Source of the DNA: Planctomycetota bacterium
Lineage (GTDB): Bacteria > Planctomycetota > DG-23 > DATKVD01
Direction: 5' to 3'
Assembly (NCBI GenBank): GCA_035530235.1
Contig: DATKVD010000522.1
Coordinates: forward strand, 1 to 54,451
Length of the DNA: 54,451 nucleotides
Shown one piece after another: positions 26,811 to 35,392 of the stretch. Made by a program: the position numbers and the translations under genes. The notes beneath the pieces were generated by a model that had not been told where the DNA came from, made no database searches, and saw nothing but the letters and a program-made list of their open reading frames with translations. Position 1 is the first letter of the stretch. Every line of letters starts with the position of its first letter.

Positions 26811-28487
26811 TCATCTCGCGATCTGCAGCAGCTCCTCGAGCATCTTCTCACTGGTCGTGATGACCCGTGAGTTGGCCGAGAACCCCGCCGACGTGACGAT
26901 GAGGTTCACGAACTCGTTCGCCAGGTCCACGTTCGACAGCTCCAGTGCACTGGAGACGATCTTCCCGCTCCCCAGCTGCCCCGGGGTGGTGATCATGGGT
27001 GCCCCCGAGTTCGGCCCCATCCGGAAGGCGTTGCCCCCGGCACTGAACATGCCGTTGCGGTTCGTGAAGTTGGCGACCGCCACCTGTGCCAGGTTCCGAA
27101 GCTGACCGTTGTTGAAGATGCCGATCACCACACCGTCCTGTCCGACCTCGAAGTCGGTGAGCGTTCCCTGGGGTGCGCCGTCCTGGAAGGTAAGCGCCAC
27201 ACCGCTCTGCTGATCGGACAGCTGCGTCATCGGAACGAAGTTCGGGCTGATCAGAACCGGGGTCTCCGCCCCCGTGTCCACGACGTCAATCGTGATGTAT
27301 GCCCCGCTGTCGCTCACATACGTCCCGTCCGTCGCGAACGTCACGGTTCCCGTCCCAACCGCAAGGTCTTCGTCCGTGTCGTCTTCCGCCTCGGCATACC
27401 AGCGCCACGTGTTTCCCGTGGTTGCCTTGGTCTCCATGACGAACGTCATGTGCACCACCAGCGGCGAACCGAGGGAATCATAGGCGGTGAAGGGCGAGCT
27501 GAAGCTCTCGCCGTCCGCCTCGGCAAGCTTGGTGAAGGTGAACGGCGTGCTCGCCGACGCACTCGTGCTGATCTGAAGCTGGTTCAATGCATTCGACTCG
27601 CCGCCGTTGCCGTAGATGTCCAGTTGCCCGCTGCCGTTGATGCTGATGCCGGGACTCAGCGGCACGCCCACCGAGGTATTGATCCCCAGGACGTCCTCAA
27701 GCCACGGCGCGAAGTGGGTGCCGAATTGACTGGTGGCGGTCACGGTGTATGTCGCTTCGGGCAAGTCGCGACTGCTCTTCTGACAGTCCATCGTCAACAC
27801 GTCGTCCACGGCGAAGAGCTGTGTGCCCAGGGCTCCTGCAAGACGCAGGTCCGTCAGGAGCGTCGTGCCCGTCGCGGCGACCCCCACGGTGTCCACGAAC
27901 TCGTTCCCCAGCAGGTGAGATCCCCGTGTGGCCTCATCGCCGGAGCCGTTCAGATTGCCTGTGAAGTCCGCGTTCTCGGTCTCCTTGGCAATGGTGAGCT
28001 GACCGACCGGGATGCGAATCCGTTCGACCGTCCCGCTCGGGACGATCTGGAAGTTCTCATCGGCGTTGAACCCCTGAACGAAGTACCCGGCCGAACTGGT
28101 CAGGTACAGCTCCGGGTTAACGGTGAACGAGCCGTCACGACTGTAGACGTGGCCTCCGGTCTCGTCACTCAGGATGAAGAACCCCTGTCCCTCGATGGCG
28201 AGGTCGGTGTTGACGCCGGTCGTTTCGATGGCGCCCTGGGCGAAGTCGCGCGTGATGCTTGCCACGCCGACGCCCAGACCGACCTGCTGCGGGTTCACAC
28301 CGGCCAGTTCGCCGGAAGGCGAGCTGCCGATGCCCATCGTGCGGGCGAATGCCGTCTCGAACAGCACACGTCCGGCCTTGTAGCCCGTCGTGTTCACGTT
28401 CGAGATGTTGTCGCCGATAACGTCCATCCGGCTCTGGTGGGCCGCCAGGCCCGTCAAGCCGGCAAACAGTGATGATGAAAGTGCCAT
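26811..28487 (-). CDS. flgE: Flagellar hook protein FlgE
   Basis: 558 aa. Conserved axial-protein termini: SLFAGLTGLAAHQSRMDVIGDNISNVNTTGYK and GFSANSRVITTSEKMLEELLQI. GGGAGG RBS. Confidence 0.9.
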   Translation of the reverse strand: MALSSSLFAGLTGLAAHQSRMDVIGDNISNVNTTGYKAGRVLFETAFARTMGIGSSPSGELAGVNPQQVGLGVGVASITRDFAQGAIETTGVNTDLAIEGQGFFILSDETGGHVYSRDGSFTVNPELYLTSSAGYFVQGFNADENFQIVPSGTVERIRIPVGQLTIAKETENADFTGNLNGSGDEATRGSHLLGNEFVDTVGVAATGTTLLTDLRLAGALGTQLFAVDDVLTMDCQKSSRDLPEATYTVTATSQFGTHFAPWLEDVLGINTSVGVPLSPGISINGSGQLDIYGNGGESNALNQLQISTSASASTPFTFTKLAEADGESFSSPFTAYDSLGSPLVVHMTFVMETKATTGNTWRWYAEAEDDTDEDLAVGTGTVTFATDGTYVSDSGAYITIDVVDTGAETPVLISPNFVPMTQLSDQQSGVALTFQDGAPQGTLTDFEVGQDGVVIGIFNNGQLRNLAQVAVANFTNRNGMFSAGGNAFRMGPNSGAPMITTPGQLGSGKIVSSALELSNVDLANEFVNLIVTSAGFSANSRVITTSEKMLEELLQIAR

Positions 28488-28531
28488 TCATTGCCTCCCT
28501 CGTGGCTATCACCACGATCCCAGTGGACGGC

Positions 28532-28547
28532 TGCTTCAGGCGTTCCA
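28532..28547 (-). promoter_or_regulatory. Weak candidate sigma-54 promoter upstream of flgE
   Basis: The minus strand reads TGGAACGCCTGAAGCA. GG-N10-GC spacing is correct, the -24 element is close to TGGCAC, and the -12 element is AAGCA rather than TTGCA. The element ends 45 nt from the flgE ATG, versus 46 nt for the flgB promoter. Confidence 0.3.
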
Positions 28548-28587
28548 CAGCCGGGCTTCCCCGATCTACGGGGGCCAGCCTTTTCCA

Positions 28588-28974
28588 CTATTCCTTGCCG
28601 ATGATCACCGTGCTGTCGATGTTCGTAACGATCCCCTCGCGCATGCGCGTCGGGTCGATAGCGGTGAGCACCGTGCGGTTCTTGACGTTGACAATCAACC
28701 CCAGGTTATCGAGAAGGAAAAGCGACTCACGAGAGCCCTTGGCGGCCGCCTTGTCCGTCGCACCCGAAATGCGATCGAGATCGACCTCCGACAGCTGGAT
28801 CTTTCTCTGGGCGAGTCGCTCAGAAGCGTGGGCGGAGAACCTCACCCCCTGAACGCCCTGACGCGACAGTGCCTGCTCGAAAGACCCACCGCTCGGCGTC
28901 GGTGTCACGCCGCCGGTCGGAAGGCCGGTCTTCGGCATCACGGGATGGCTCAGCGACTGTGATTCATGAACCAT
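28588..28974 (-). CDS. Small flagellar operon protein between flgD and flgE (TIGR02530-like placement)
   Basis: 128 aa. Overlaps the flgD stop by 11 nt. FSAHASERLAQRKIQLSEVDLDRI...LIVNVKNRTVLTAID resembles the family found at this position in Firmicute/spirochaete flagellar operons (from memory). Confidence 0.5.
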   Translation of the reverse strand: MVHESQSLSHPVMPKTGLPTGGVTPTPSGGSFEQALSRQGVQGVRFSAHASERLAQRKIQLSEVDLDRISGATDKAAAKGSRESLFLLDNLGLIVNVKNRTVLTAIDPTRMREGIVTNIDSTVIIGKE

Positions 28975-29398
28975 CGCCGCTCACCTCCTCCACAACCTCT
29001 TCGACGTTGTCCATGGGCAGCAGCGGATATCCCTCGATCACGAGGTTGACGTTCCCATTCTGCACCACCAGTCCCTGGACTTTGCCCATGACGGGAGAGC
29101 CGTTGGCCGCCTTGCCGCTCACCAGCCTGCCGATCAACTGGGCACCCGACCCCAGCTTCATCCCGGTCGTGAGTGCGCCGAGTTCCTCGACGAGCTTGCT
29201 GGTGGCCTCCAGGCTCTTGATCTGTGTCATCTGCGACATCAGCTCGTTGTTCTTCATGGGCTCCAGGGGGTTCTGGTTCTGGAGTTCACTGATGAGAATC
29301 TTCAGGAACTGCTCCGCCGAGATCTCACCGGGAGCGCCGCTCGCACCGGAGCCGCTTGCCCTCGTCCCAGAACCGTCGATGCTGTAGATGCTGCTCAC
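28964..29398 (-). CDS. flgD: Flagellar hook capping/assembly protein FlgD
   Basis: 144 aa. FLKILISELQNQNPLEPMKNNELMSQMTQIKSLE is the FlgD N-terminal signature. Confidence 0.85.
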   Translation of the reverse strand: MSSIYSIDGSGTRASGSGASGAPGEISAEQFLKILISELQNQNPLEPMKNNELMSQMTQIKSLEATSKLVEELGALTTGMKLGSGAQLIGRLVSGKAANGSPVMGKVQGLVVQNGNVNLVIEGYPLLPMDNVEEVVEEVSGDGS

Positions 29399-29413
29399 CT
29401 TTCACCTCCCTGA

Positions 29414-30946
29414 CTAGGCCACCAGATCGAGATAGCGGCTGGTGTACACCCAGGCCATGGGCCGCTCACTCGCGAAGGCGACGTCAGTCTCGAACGACGT
29501 GTCCGACCGCCCGTGCGAGAAATGCTCGGGCTCAGGATCACTGTGAGACGTCTGTGTCTCGGCAAATCCCTGGCCGACCGACACGTCAACGCGCGTCACG
29601 TCGTAGCCCTGCTGGGCAAGCGTCGTGCGGAGCTGTCCCACGTTCCCCGCGATGATCTGACGAGCGGCTTCCGTGCTCGTCTCGAGTGTCATGCGGAGTT
29701 CACCATGGTTCATGGACATCGACAGACGCACGTTCCCGAGTTCGGGCGGATGCAGCCGCATCTCAACGCTGGACTCCTCACGGCTGGTCATGGTCCGGAC
29801 GAAACGCACGACACGGTCGACGAAACCGGCCATGTCCACGCGCACGCCCGAAGGACGGGTCTCAACTTCCGGACCCGCCGGTCGTTCCACCGTCTCCGAC
29901 GCAGGCCCCGCCGTCATGACGCCTCTTCCCTCGCTGCGGTCCGATCCGGACGACTGCTCGCGGGTCTGACCCTCCGTCGTGAAGGACTCGGCGGGAGCCG
30001 CCGCGGCCGGACGAGACTGTACGCCTGGAGACCCCGACGTGTCGACGCCCCCCGTACTCGCGACGTCGCCGGGTTTCTCGCCGGTCGGGCCTCCGCCGGG
30101 CGGATTCGGCGACGGTTCGCGTCCGTCGGCGACCGTCGCCTGTCGTACTGCACCCGACCTCGCGCCGACCGTCTGCGCCAGGGGCACTGATGCGTCCGGG
30201 GGTTTCCCCTCGGTCTCCTGCGGGTGTGACGCCGCACCAGGCGCCGCTTCCGGTGAACGACCGCGAGCGTCCTGTCCCGTCTGCACCGGGACAGTGCGCT
30301 CCGTGTCGCCTTCCGACGGCACCACCGGCTCCGCCTGGCCCTCAGACTTCTCCCCGACTTCGGAAAGCACCTCACCTGCGGGAGGGGCCGAAACGACCTG
30401 TCCCGTGCCGTCCTGACCGCGCCACACCATCACAGACACATCAGGGACTGCTGCAGGCCGTGGCACACCGTCCGTCGTGGGCCCGTTTCGAGCCGCAGCG
30501 ACGAAATCGGGAAACAACCCACGTGCCGCGGGACCGGCGTCGGCATCCGGACGCCCGACAGGCGACGCACCATCAGGAGATCCGGACTGCACCATGACCG
30601 TCGGCTTGGGTTCGGAATCCCCCGCGTCCGCTTTGCCGGGCAGAACCACGTGCAGCTCGGAAGCCGCCGCAGACACCCGCTGCAACTCTTCGATCAGGTC
30701 GATCAACACCGGACGCGGGCCGGCAAGTGTCAGTTGTTCTGCTCCGTCCGGCGGTTCCGCAACCGGGGGAAGCTTCACCTGAACCGTCCCATCGCCCGCA
30801 GTCACCGTGTTGCCTCCGAACTCCTGCATCCCGTTCAGAATGCCTTCGAAGCTTGATTCACCGTCGGACGGACCCGTTTCACCCGGGACCCGCACCTCAA
30901 CGGCGGAAGGGGCATCAGCAAACAGGGCAAAAATGGATGCGCTCAA
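29414..30946 (-). CDS. fliK: Flagellar hook-length control protein FliK
   Basis: 510 aa. TTG start with AGGAGGTG RBS. Long P/G/A/S-rich N-terminal part. C-terminal Flg_hook-type domain (RLHPPELGNVRLSMSMNHGELRMTLETS...QLRTTLAQQGYDV). Confidence 0.75.
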   Translation of the reverse strand: MSASIFALFADAPSAVEVRVPGETGPSDGESSFEGILNGMQEFGGNTVTAGDGTVQVKLPPVAEPPDGAEQLTLAGPRPVLIDLIEELQRVSAAASELHVVLPGKADAGDSEPKPTVMVQSGSPDGASPVGRPDADAGPAARGLFPDFVAAARNGPTTDGVPRPAAVPDVSVMVWRGQDGTGQVVSAPPAGEVLSEVGEKSEGQAEPVVPSEGDTERTVPVQTGQDARGRSPEAAPGAASHPQETEGKPPDASVPLAQTVGARSGAVRQATVADGREPSPNPPGGGPTGEKPGDVASTGGVDTSGSPGVQSRPAAAAPAESFTTEGQTREQSSGSDRSEGRGVMTAGPASETVERPAGPEVETRPSGVRVDMAGFVDRVVRFVRTMTSREESSVEMRLHPPELGNVRLSMSMNHGELRMTLETSTEAARQIIAGNVGQLRTTLAQQGYDVTRVDVSVGQGFAETQTSHSDPEPEHFSHGRSDTSFETDVAFASERPMAWVYTSRYLDLVA

Positions 30947-30976
30947 TAGCTATCACCTCCTTTCGTTTTTTCCCAG

Positions 30977-31075
30977 GTCCCGACCTCGTCGGGACAGACT
31001 CCGTTGCACCCCCGAAACGATGACCCCTCCCTCAAGCTTGCCTGCCTTCGGCAGGCCTGCCCGCCCACGGCGGGC
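30977..31075 (-). promoter_or_regulatory. Three GC-rich stem-loops in the ylxF-like/fliK spacer
   Basis: GTCCCGAC-CTC-GTCGGGAC (30977-30995), GCCTGCC-TTC-GGCAGGC (31040-31056) and GCCCGCC-CAC-GGCGGGC (31059-31075). They lie within the largest gap (156 nt) of the flagellar cluster. Confidence 0.35.
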
Positions 31076-31102
31076 ATATTTTCAGTGACGGCCCCGAAGG
31101 GC

Positions 31103-31810
31103 TTACTCCGTCTTCAAGGTGACCAGCTTCCCGGCGTCCTTTGCCTCATTCTCCTGCCAGATGCGTCTCAGGAGTTTGGCGGCCCGCGGCTCGATCGCCG
31201 CGTTTTCCGGAAGCAGGTCCAACTTGTCTATCGCCGTGATGGTCTGTGCCCGCTCGTCATCCTTCAGTGCCGCCAGCACCCTGACGGCCTCATCGTCCGT
31301 GTATCCGTAGAGGAGCTTCGCGCGCTGGTCCGGCTTCATCTCGGCCAGGGTCTTCACCACCTTCTTGAAGCCGGCGTCCGCCAACTGCGCTTCGTAAGCA
31401 TTCTTCCTGTCGTCGAACGTCTTCTCGGCCTTCGCCAGGGTCTCGGCACGGTCGGTCAGGTCCTTTCGAATGCGCGCGGCCTCTCCCTCGAGCTTGAGGA
31501 TCTGTGCCCGACGTTCGTTCAGCTTCACCACCAGGAGTGCCTCCTGTTTTCTCATGTCCTCAAGGGCCCGTTGTGCCTCCTTCAGGGCCTCGAGTTCGTA
31601 GCGCGTCGTGGTGTCCTTCTTCGGCTGCTCCGTGGGCTGCGGCGGGACCAGTTCGCCGTTGAGAGCCAGTCTGAACGTCTCGAGTTTCTGGCGGCTGATG
31701 TGCCCCGTGACGACGCCATAGAGCACGAGCGTGAGGACGGCGAGGAACGCGGCGGCGAAGACCACCATCAGGTACTTGCCCAGACTCTTCACAAGCCCCA
31801 TTGCCTGCAC
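31103..31810 (-). CDS. YlxF/MotE-like flagellar protein (TM anchor, coiled coil, MgtE_N-like domain)
   Basis: 235 aa. N-terminal TM (YLMVVFAAAFLAVLTLVLYGVV), coiled coil, then FKKVVKTLAEMKPDQRAKLLYGYTDDEAVRVLAAL resembling the MgtE_N-type domain of YlxF. Position between fliJ and fliK, as in Bacillus. Confidence 0.55.
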   Translation of the reverse strand: MQAMGLVKSLGKYLMVVFAAAFLAVLTLVLYGVVTGHISRQKLETFRLALNGELVPPQPTEQPKKDTTTRYELEALKEAQRALEDMRKQEALLVVKLNERRAQILKLEGEAARIRKDLTDRAETLAKAEKTFDDRKNAYEAQLADAGFKKVVKTLAEMKPDQRAKLLYGYTDDEAVRVLAALKDDERAQTITAIDKLDLLPENAAIEPRAAKLLRRIWQENEAKDAGKLVTLKTE

Positions 31811-31812
31811 TC

Positions 31813-32268
31813 CTAACTTCCGGCGCGTCGGACGACCTCTTTCTTGGTGGCGATGTCATCCAGCTCGGCCCGGTCGGCACGCCCGGTTTCCCTGAGGTAT
31901 TCCTCATGTCGGCGTGTCCTCAGCATTTCCAGGACCTTCCGCTCTTTCCTCGCCCCGATGGCCTCGTCGCGCCGACGATCCAGTTCCAGTTCCAGCTTCC
32001 GCAGACGCTTCAGCACCTCCGACACGTGCCGCCTCAGCGACCCGAGGTAGACGCGCTGCTGTCTTGCCTCCGTCACGTTGATCTCACCATTACTTTCGTG
32101 CTTGCGCAGCTCTCCACGTGCCTCCTCGAGGACCGCGTATGCCTCAAGCAGCTTCTGCTCGTGGTCCACGACCAGCTGGTGCACCTTTGCCAGTGCGATC
32201 TGCCTTTCCCGCTCGACCTGCTCGCGGTATCGCAAGACATTCTCCAGCCGAAACGCGAACCTTTTCAT
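31813..32268 (-). CDS. fliJ: Flagellar export chaperone/stalk protein FliJ
   Basis: 151 aa all-helical. MKRFAFRLENVLRYRE is a typical FliJ start. 4-nt overlap with the fliI stop. Confidence 0.75.
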   Translation of the reverse strand: MKRFAFRLENVLRYREQVERERQIALAKVHQLVVDHEQKLLEAYAVLEEARGELRKHESNGEINVTEARQQRVYLGSLRRHVSEVLKRLRKLELELDRRRDEAIGARKERKVLEMLRTRRHEEYLRETGRADRAELDDIATKKEVVRRAGS

Positions 32269-33683
32269 GTGAACATCCTGCCCCGTCCGAAGTCCGGCAT
32301 TCGCGGGCGTCCGGACTCCCGGGGCTGTGCGGGTGCGGTCGCAGCCGCCGCCTCCGGCTGTTGACGGGATTCCTCCGACAGCTTCAGCAGCAGTTCACGC
32401 GTCTTCTGGAAATCGAGACTGTCGAGGATGTCCTGTGCCAGACTCTCCCGTATGCGCGGCATCATCCGACACGCCGCGTCGATGTCCGGATTCGTTCCGG
32501 CCACGTAGGCACCGATGTTGATCAGGTCTTCCGCCTCCATGTAGGCGGCAATCAGTTTCTTGATCTGGAGGGCGGCCTCACGATGCTCCCGGTCCACCAC
32601 GTCGTTCATCACGCGACTGATGCTTGCCAGTGCGTCCACCGCCGGGTAGTGCCCTCGCTCCGCCAGTGACCTGGAGAGCCAGACGTGACCGTCCAGGATG
32701 CTGCGTACGGCGTCGCTGACGGGCTCGTTGATGTCGTCGGCGTCCACCAGGACCGCAAAGAATCCGGTGATGCTGCCTCGACTGGACTGGCCGGCCCGTT
32801 CGAGAAGTCGCGGGAGCATGGTGAAGACGGAGGGGGTGAACCCCTTGGTGGCCGGCGGCTCACCGCTGGCCAATCCGATCTCACGCTGTGCCAGCGCCAT
32901 TCGTGTCACCGAATCCATGAGCCACATCACGTCCAGACCCTGGTCACGGAAGAACTCCGCAATGGCGGCACTGTGGAAGGCCGCCTTCACGCGCAGGAGA
33001 GGCGGCTGCTCCCCCGTCGCAACCACGACCACCGATCGTTTGAGTCCCTCGCTGCCCAGGTCACGTTCGAGGAATTCGTTCACTTCACGTCCGCGCTCCC
33101 CGACCAGTGAAATCACGTTGACGTCGGCCGACGTGTAGCGTGCGATCATCCCCAGGAGTGTGCTCTTGCCCACCCCGGCCCCGGAGAAGACCCCCATCCT
33201 CTGTCCCTTGCCGCAGGTGCAGAGGGCGTCGATCACCTTGATCCCCGTCGCGATGGGCTCGGTGATGCGTCGTCGCTGCAGGGGGTGCGGGGCCGCCGCA
33301 TGAACCGGCCGCCGCTCTTCGGTCTGAACCGGCCCCTTCCCGTCAATCGGACGGATCCGGCCGTCCACCACCCGTCCCAGCAGACTCCGTCCCACGGGAA
33401 CCATCTGCGTGCGCGCCACGCACCTGACACGGTCGCCGCGGTTCAGTCCCACCACGTCGCCGTAGGGCATCAGGAGCGTCCGCTTGTCGTTGAACCCGAC
33501 GACCTCGGCCTCGAAGGTCCGTCGGGTATCGCCGGATTCGATGACACACTGGCTCCCCACCGGACAGTTGAATTCCTCGCATTCGGCGACAAGTCCGAGG
33601 ACTTTGCTCACCTTGCCGGTGACGACCACCGGGGACGTCCCCTCCAGCAGGGCCTTCTCACGAGCGAAGAGGTCATCAGCCAT
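32265..33683 (-). CDS. fliI: Flagellum-specific ATPase FliI
   Basis: ORF is open to 33761. ATG 33683 is preferred and overlaps the fliH stop by 8 nt. Walker A GAGVGKST, Walker B VMWLMDSVTR, F1/T3SS-ATPase core. Confidence 0.95.
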   Translation of the reverse strand: MADDLFAREKALLEGTSPVVVTGKVSKVLGLVAECEEFNCPVGSQCVIESGDTRRTFEAEVVGFNDKRTLLMPYGDVVGLNRGDRVRCVARTQMVPVGRSLLGRVVDGRIRPIDGKGPVQTEERRPVHAAAPHPLQRRRITEPIATGIKVIDALCTCGKGQRMGVFSGAGVGKSTLLGMIARYTSADVNVISLVGERGREVNEFLERDLGSEGLKRSVVVVATGEQPPLLRVKAAFHSAAIAEFFRDQGLDVMWLMDSVTRMALAQREIGLASGEPPATKGFTPSVFTMLPRLLERAGQSSRGSITGFFAVLVDADDINEPVSDAVRSILDGHVWLSRSLAERGHYPAVDALASISRVMNDVVDREHREAALQIKKLIAAYMEAEDLINIGAYVAGTNPDIDAACRMMPRIRESLAQDILDSLDFQKTRELLLKLSEESRQQPEAAAATAPAQPRESGRPRMPDFGRGRMFT

Positions 33684-34374
33684 CACCGCGTTCCCCGACC
33701 AGGACCTTCTCAATTTCCCGCAGCTGTGTTTCGATCCTCGCGTCCACGGAGCCACAGGCACTCTCGATGAGACAGCCGCCCGGCAGTATCTCGGTGCTGG
33801 GGATGAGTTCGATCGCGGAATCCGCGTCCTGGCTCATGGGCTGCTCGTCGAGCATGGTTTCGAGGGTGCTCATGTCCATCTCGCTGACGCGGATGAGCAG
33901 TCTCGAACGTCGGGCACTCAGACGGATCGCTTCCTCGATGTTCAGTCTCGCGATCTCGTCCGAACACGTCACTTCACGCTTGATGACCCTGCGGGCGATT
34001 TCCACCGCCAGTCCGATCAACTGCTCCCGGGCGTCCCGCACCAGCGTCTCGCGCCACTCGTTGACCCCCAGGATCTGGGTCTGGAGAGACTTGACCAGAT
34101 TGGCCACATCGCGCGACCGTGCCTTGCGGATCTCCTCCCGGATCTGCTCCTCGAGACGCCCCTGCACCGCCGCCTTGCCGGCTTCGAGCCCTTCGGCACG
34201 GGCCTGTTCCTTGAGCTTCTCAGCCTGTGCCTTGGCTTCCTCAATGATGCGTCCGGCCTTCTCCTCGGCCGTGGCGATGATCTCCCGGGCCTCCTCTCCC
34301 ACTTCCGCCATGTCGAAGACGCGTGACCCGTCGGCGTCCGTGGAGGCGTCGAAGTTCTTGATGACCTTAGACAA
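33676..34374 (-). CDS. fliH: Flagellar export ATPase regulator FliH
   Basis: 232 aa. Charged helical N-terminal part and conserved C-terminus (GGCLIESACGSVDARIETQL). Confidence 0.8.
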   Translation of the reverse strand: MSKVIKNFDASTDADGSRVFDMAEVGEEAREIIATAEEKAGRIIEEAKAQAEKLKEQARAEGLEAGKAAVQGRLEEQIREEIRKARSRDVANLVKSLQTQILGVNEWRETLVRDAREQLIGLAVEIARRVIKREVTCSDEIARLNIEEAIRLSARRSRLLIRVSEMDMSTLETMLDEQPMSQDADSAIELIPSTEILPGGCLIESACGSVDARIETQLREIEKVLVGERGDG

Positions 34375-35389
34375 TAACGGTCTCCTCGCCGCCCCGTCCC
34401 TGGATGATGAGTTCCCCCGCTTCTTCGAGTCGTCGGACCACGTCGGCGATCTTCTGCTGCGCGGCTTCGACCTCCGTCAGCCGGACCGGTCCCATGTATT
34501 CCATGTCCTCCTTGAGCAGCTCAACCGCCCGCTGGGACAGGTTCCGGAAGATCTTCTCCTTCAGTTCCTCGCTCGCCGTCTTCAGGGCGAGTGCAAGGTC
34601 CTGTGTGTCGATCTCCTTGACCACCTGCTGCACGCCCTTGTCGTCCACGAGCATGACGTCCTCAAAGACAAACATCAGCTTTCGGATGTCTTCCACGAGT
34701 TCGGGGTTCTGCTCTTCGAGGCTTTCGAGGATGCCCTTCTCCGTCGTCCGGTCGGTGAGATTGAGGACTTCCGCGACCGTCTCGATGCCGCCCGACTGCT
34801 CGAAGCGCTGCTTGACCACCGCGGCCATGCGCTTCTCCAGACTCGCCTCCACCTCGCGGATGACCTCGGGGTTCGTGGTTTCCATCGTGGCCATGCGTCG
34901 AACGACGTCGACCTGCTTGCCCTGCGGAAGTCCCTTGAGCACGTCGGCCGCCTGCTTGGCCTCGAGGTGCGAGAGGATCAGCGCGATGGTCTGCGGGTGT
35001 TCGTCCTGAATGAACGTCAGCAGGTTCTGGGACTCCACCTTCTGTGCAAACGAGAACGGCACCGAATAGAGGGCCTGCTCGACGTTGCCCACGATGCTGT
35101 CCGCCTCGCTTCCGCTCAGCGACTTGGCCAGCAGCTTGCGTGCATACTCAATGCCTCCCTGCTGCACGTACTGCTTGGCCACGTTCATCTGATAGAATTC
35201 CTGGATGACCTTGTCCCGCTCCTCCTTGGTGATGGTCCCGAGTCGGGCGATCTCCTCGGACACGCCCTCGATGCTCTCCTGGTCGAGCTGACTCATGATC
35301 TCACTGGCGACCTCCTGGTCGATGGACACGAGGAGTATCGCCGCCTTCTTCATCCCGCTGAGGCCGGAGACCTGCTTGACCTGTGCCAT
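34367..35389 (-). CDS. fliG: Flagellar motor switch protein FliG
   Basis: 340 aa. KAAILLVSI, MFVFEDV and the C-terminal charged-helix region are all typical of FliG. Confidence 0.95.
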   Translation of the reverse strand: MAQVKQVSGLSGMKKAAILLVSIDQEVASEIMSQLDQESIEGVSEEIARLGTITKEERDKVIQEFYQMNVAKQYVQQGGIEYARKLLAKSLSGSEADSIVGNVEQALYSVPFSFAQKVESQNLLTFIQDEHPQTIALILSHLEAKQAADVLKGLPQGKQVDVVRRMATMETTNPEVIREVEASLEKRMAAVVKQRFEQSGGIETVAEVLNLTDRTTEKGILESLEEQNPELVEDIRKLMFVFEDVMLVDDKGVQQVVKEIDTQDLALALKTASEELKEKIFRNLSQRAVELLKEDMEYMGPVRLTEVEAAQQKIADVVRRLEEAGELIIQGRGGEETVIV

Positions 35390-35392
35390 GTC

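Noticed and set aside
28413-28420. GCCGATAA (sigma-28 -10 consensus) on the + strand.
   Set aside because: It lies inside flgE on the opposite strand, and no TAAA element sits 15 nt upstream. It simply encodes the conserved VIGD of the hook N-terminus (ATC GGC GAC on the minus strand).
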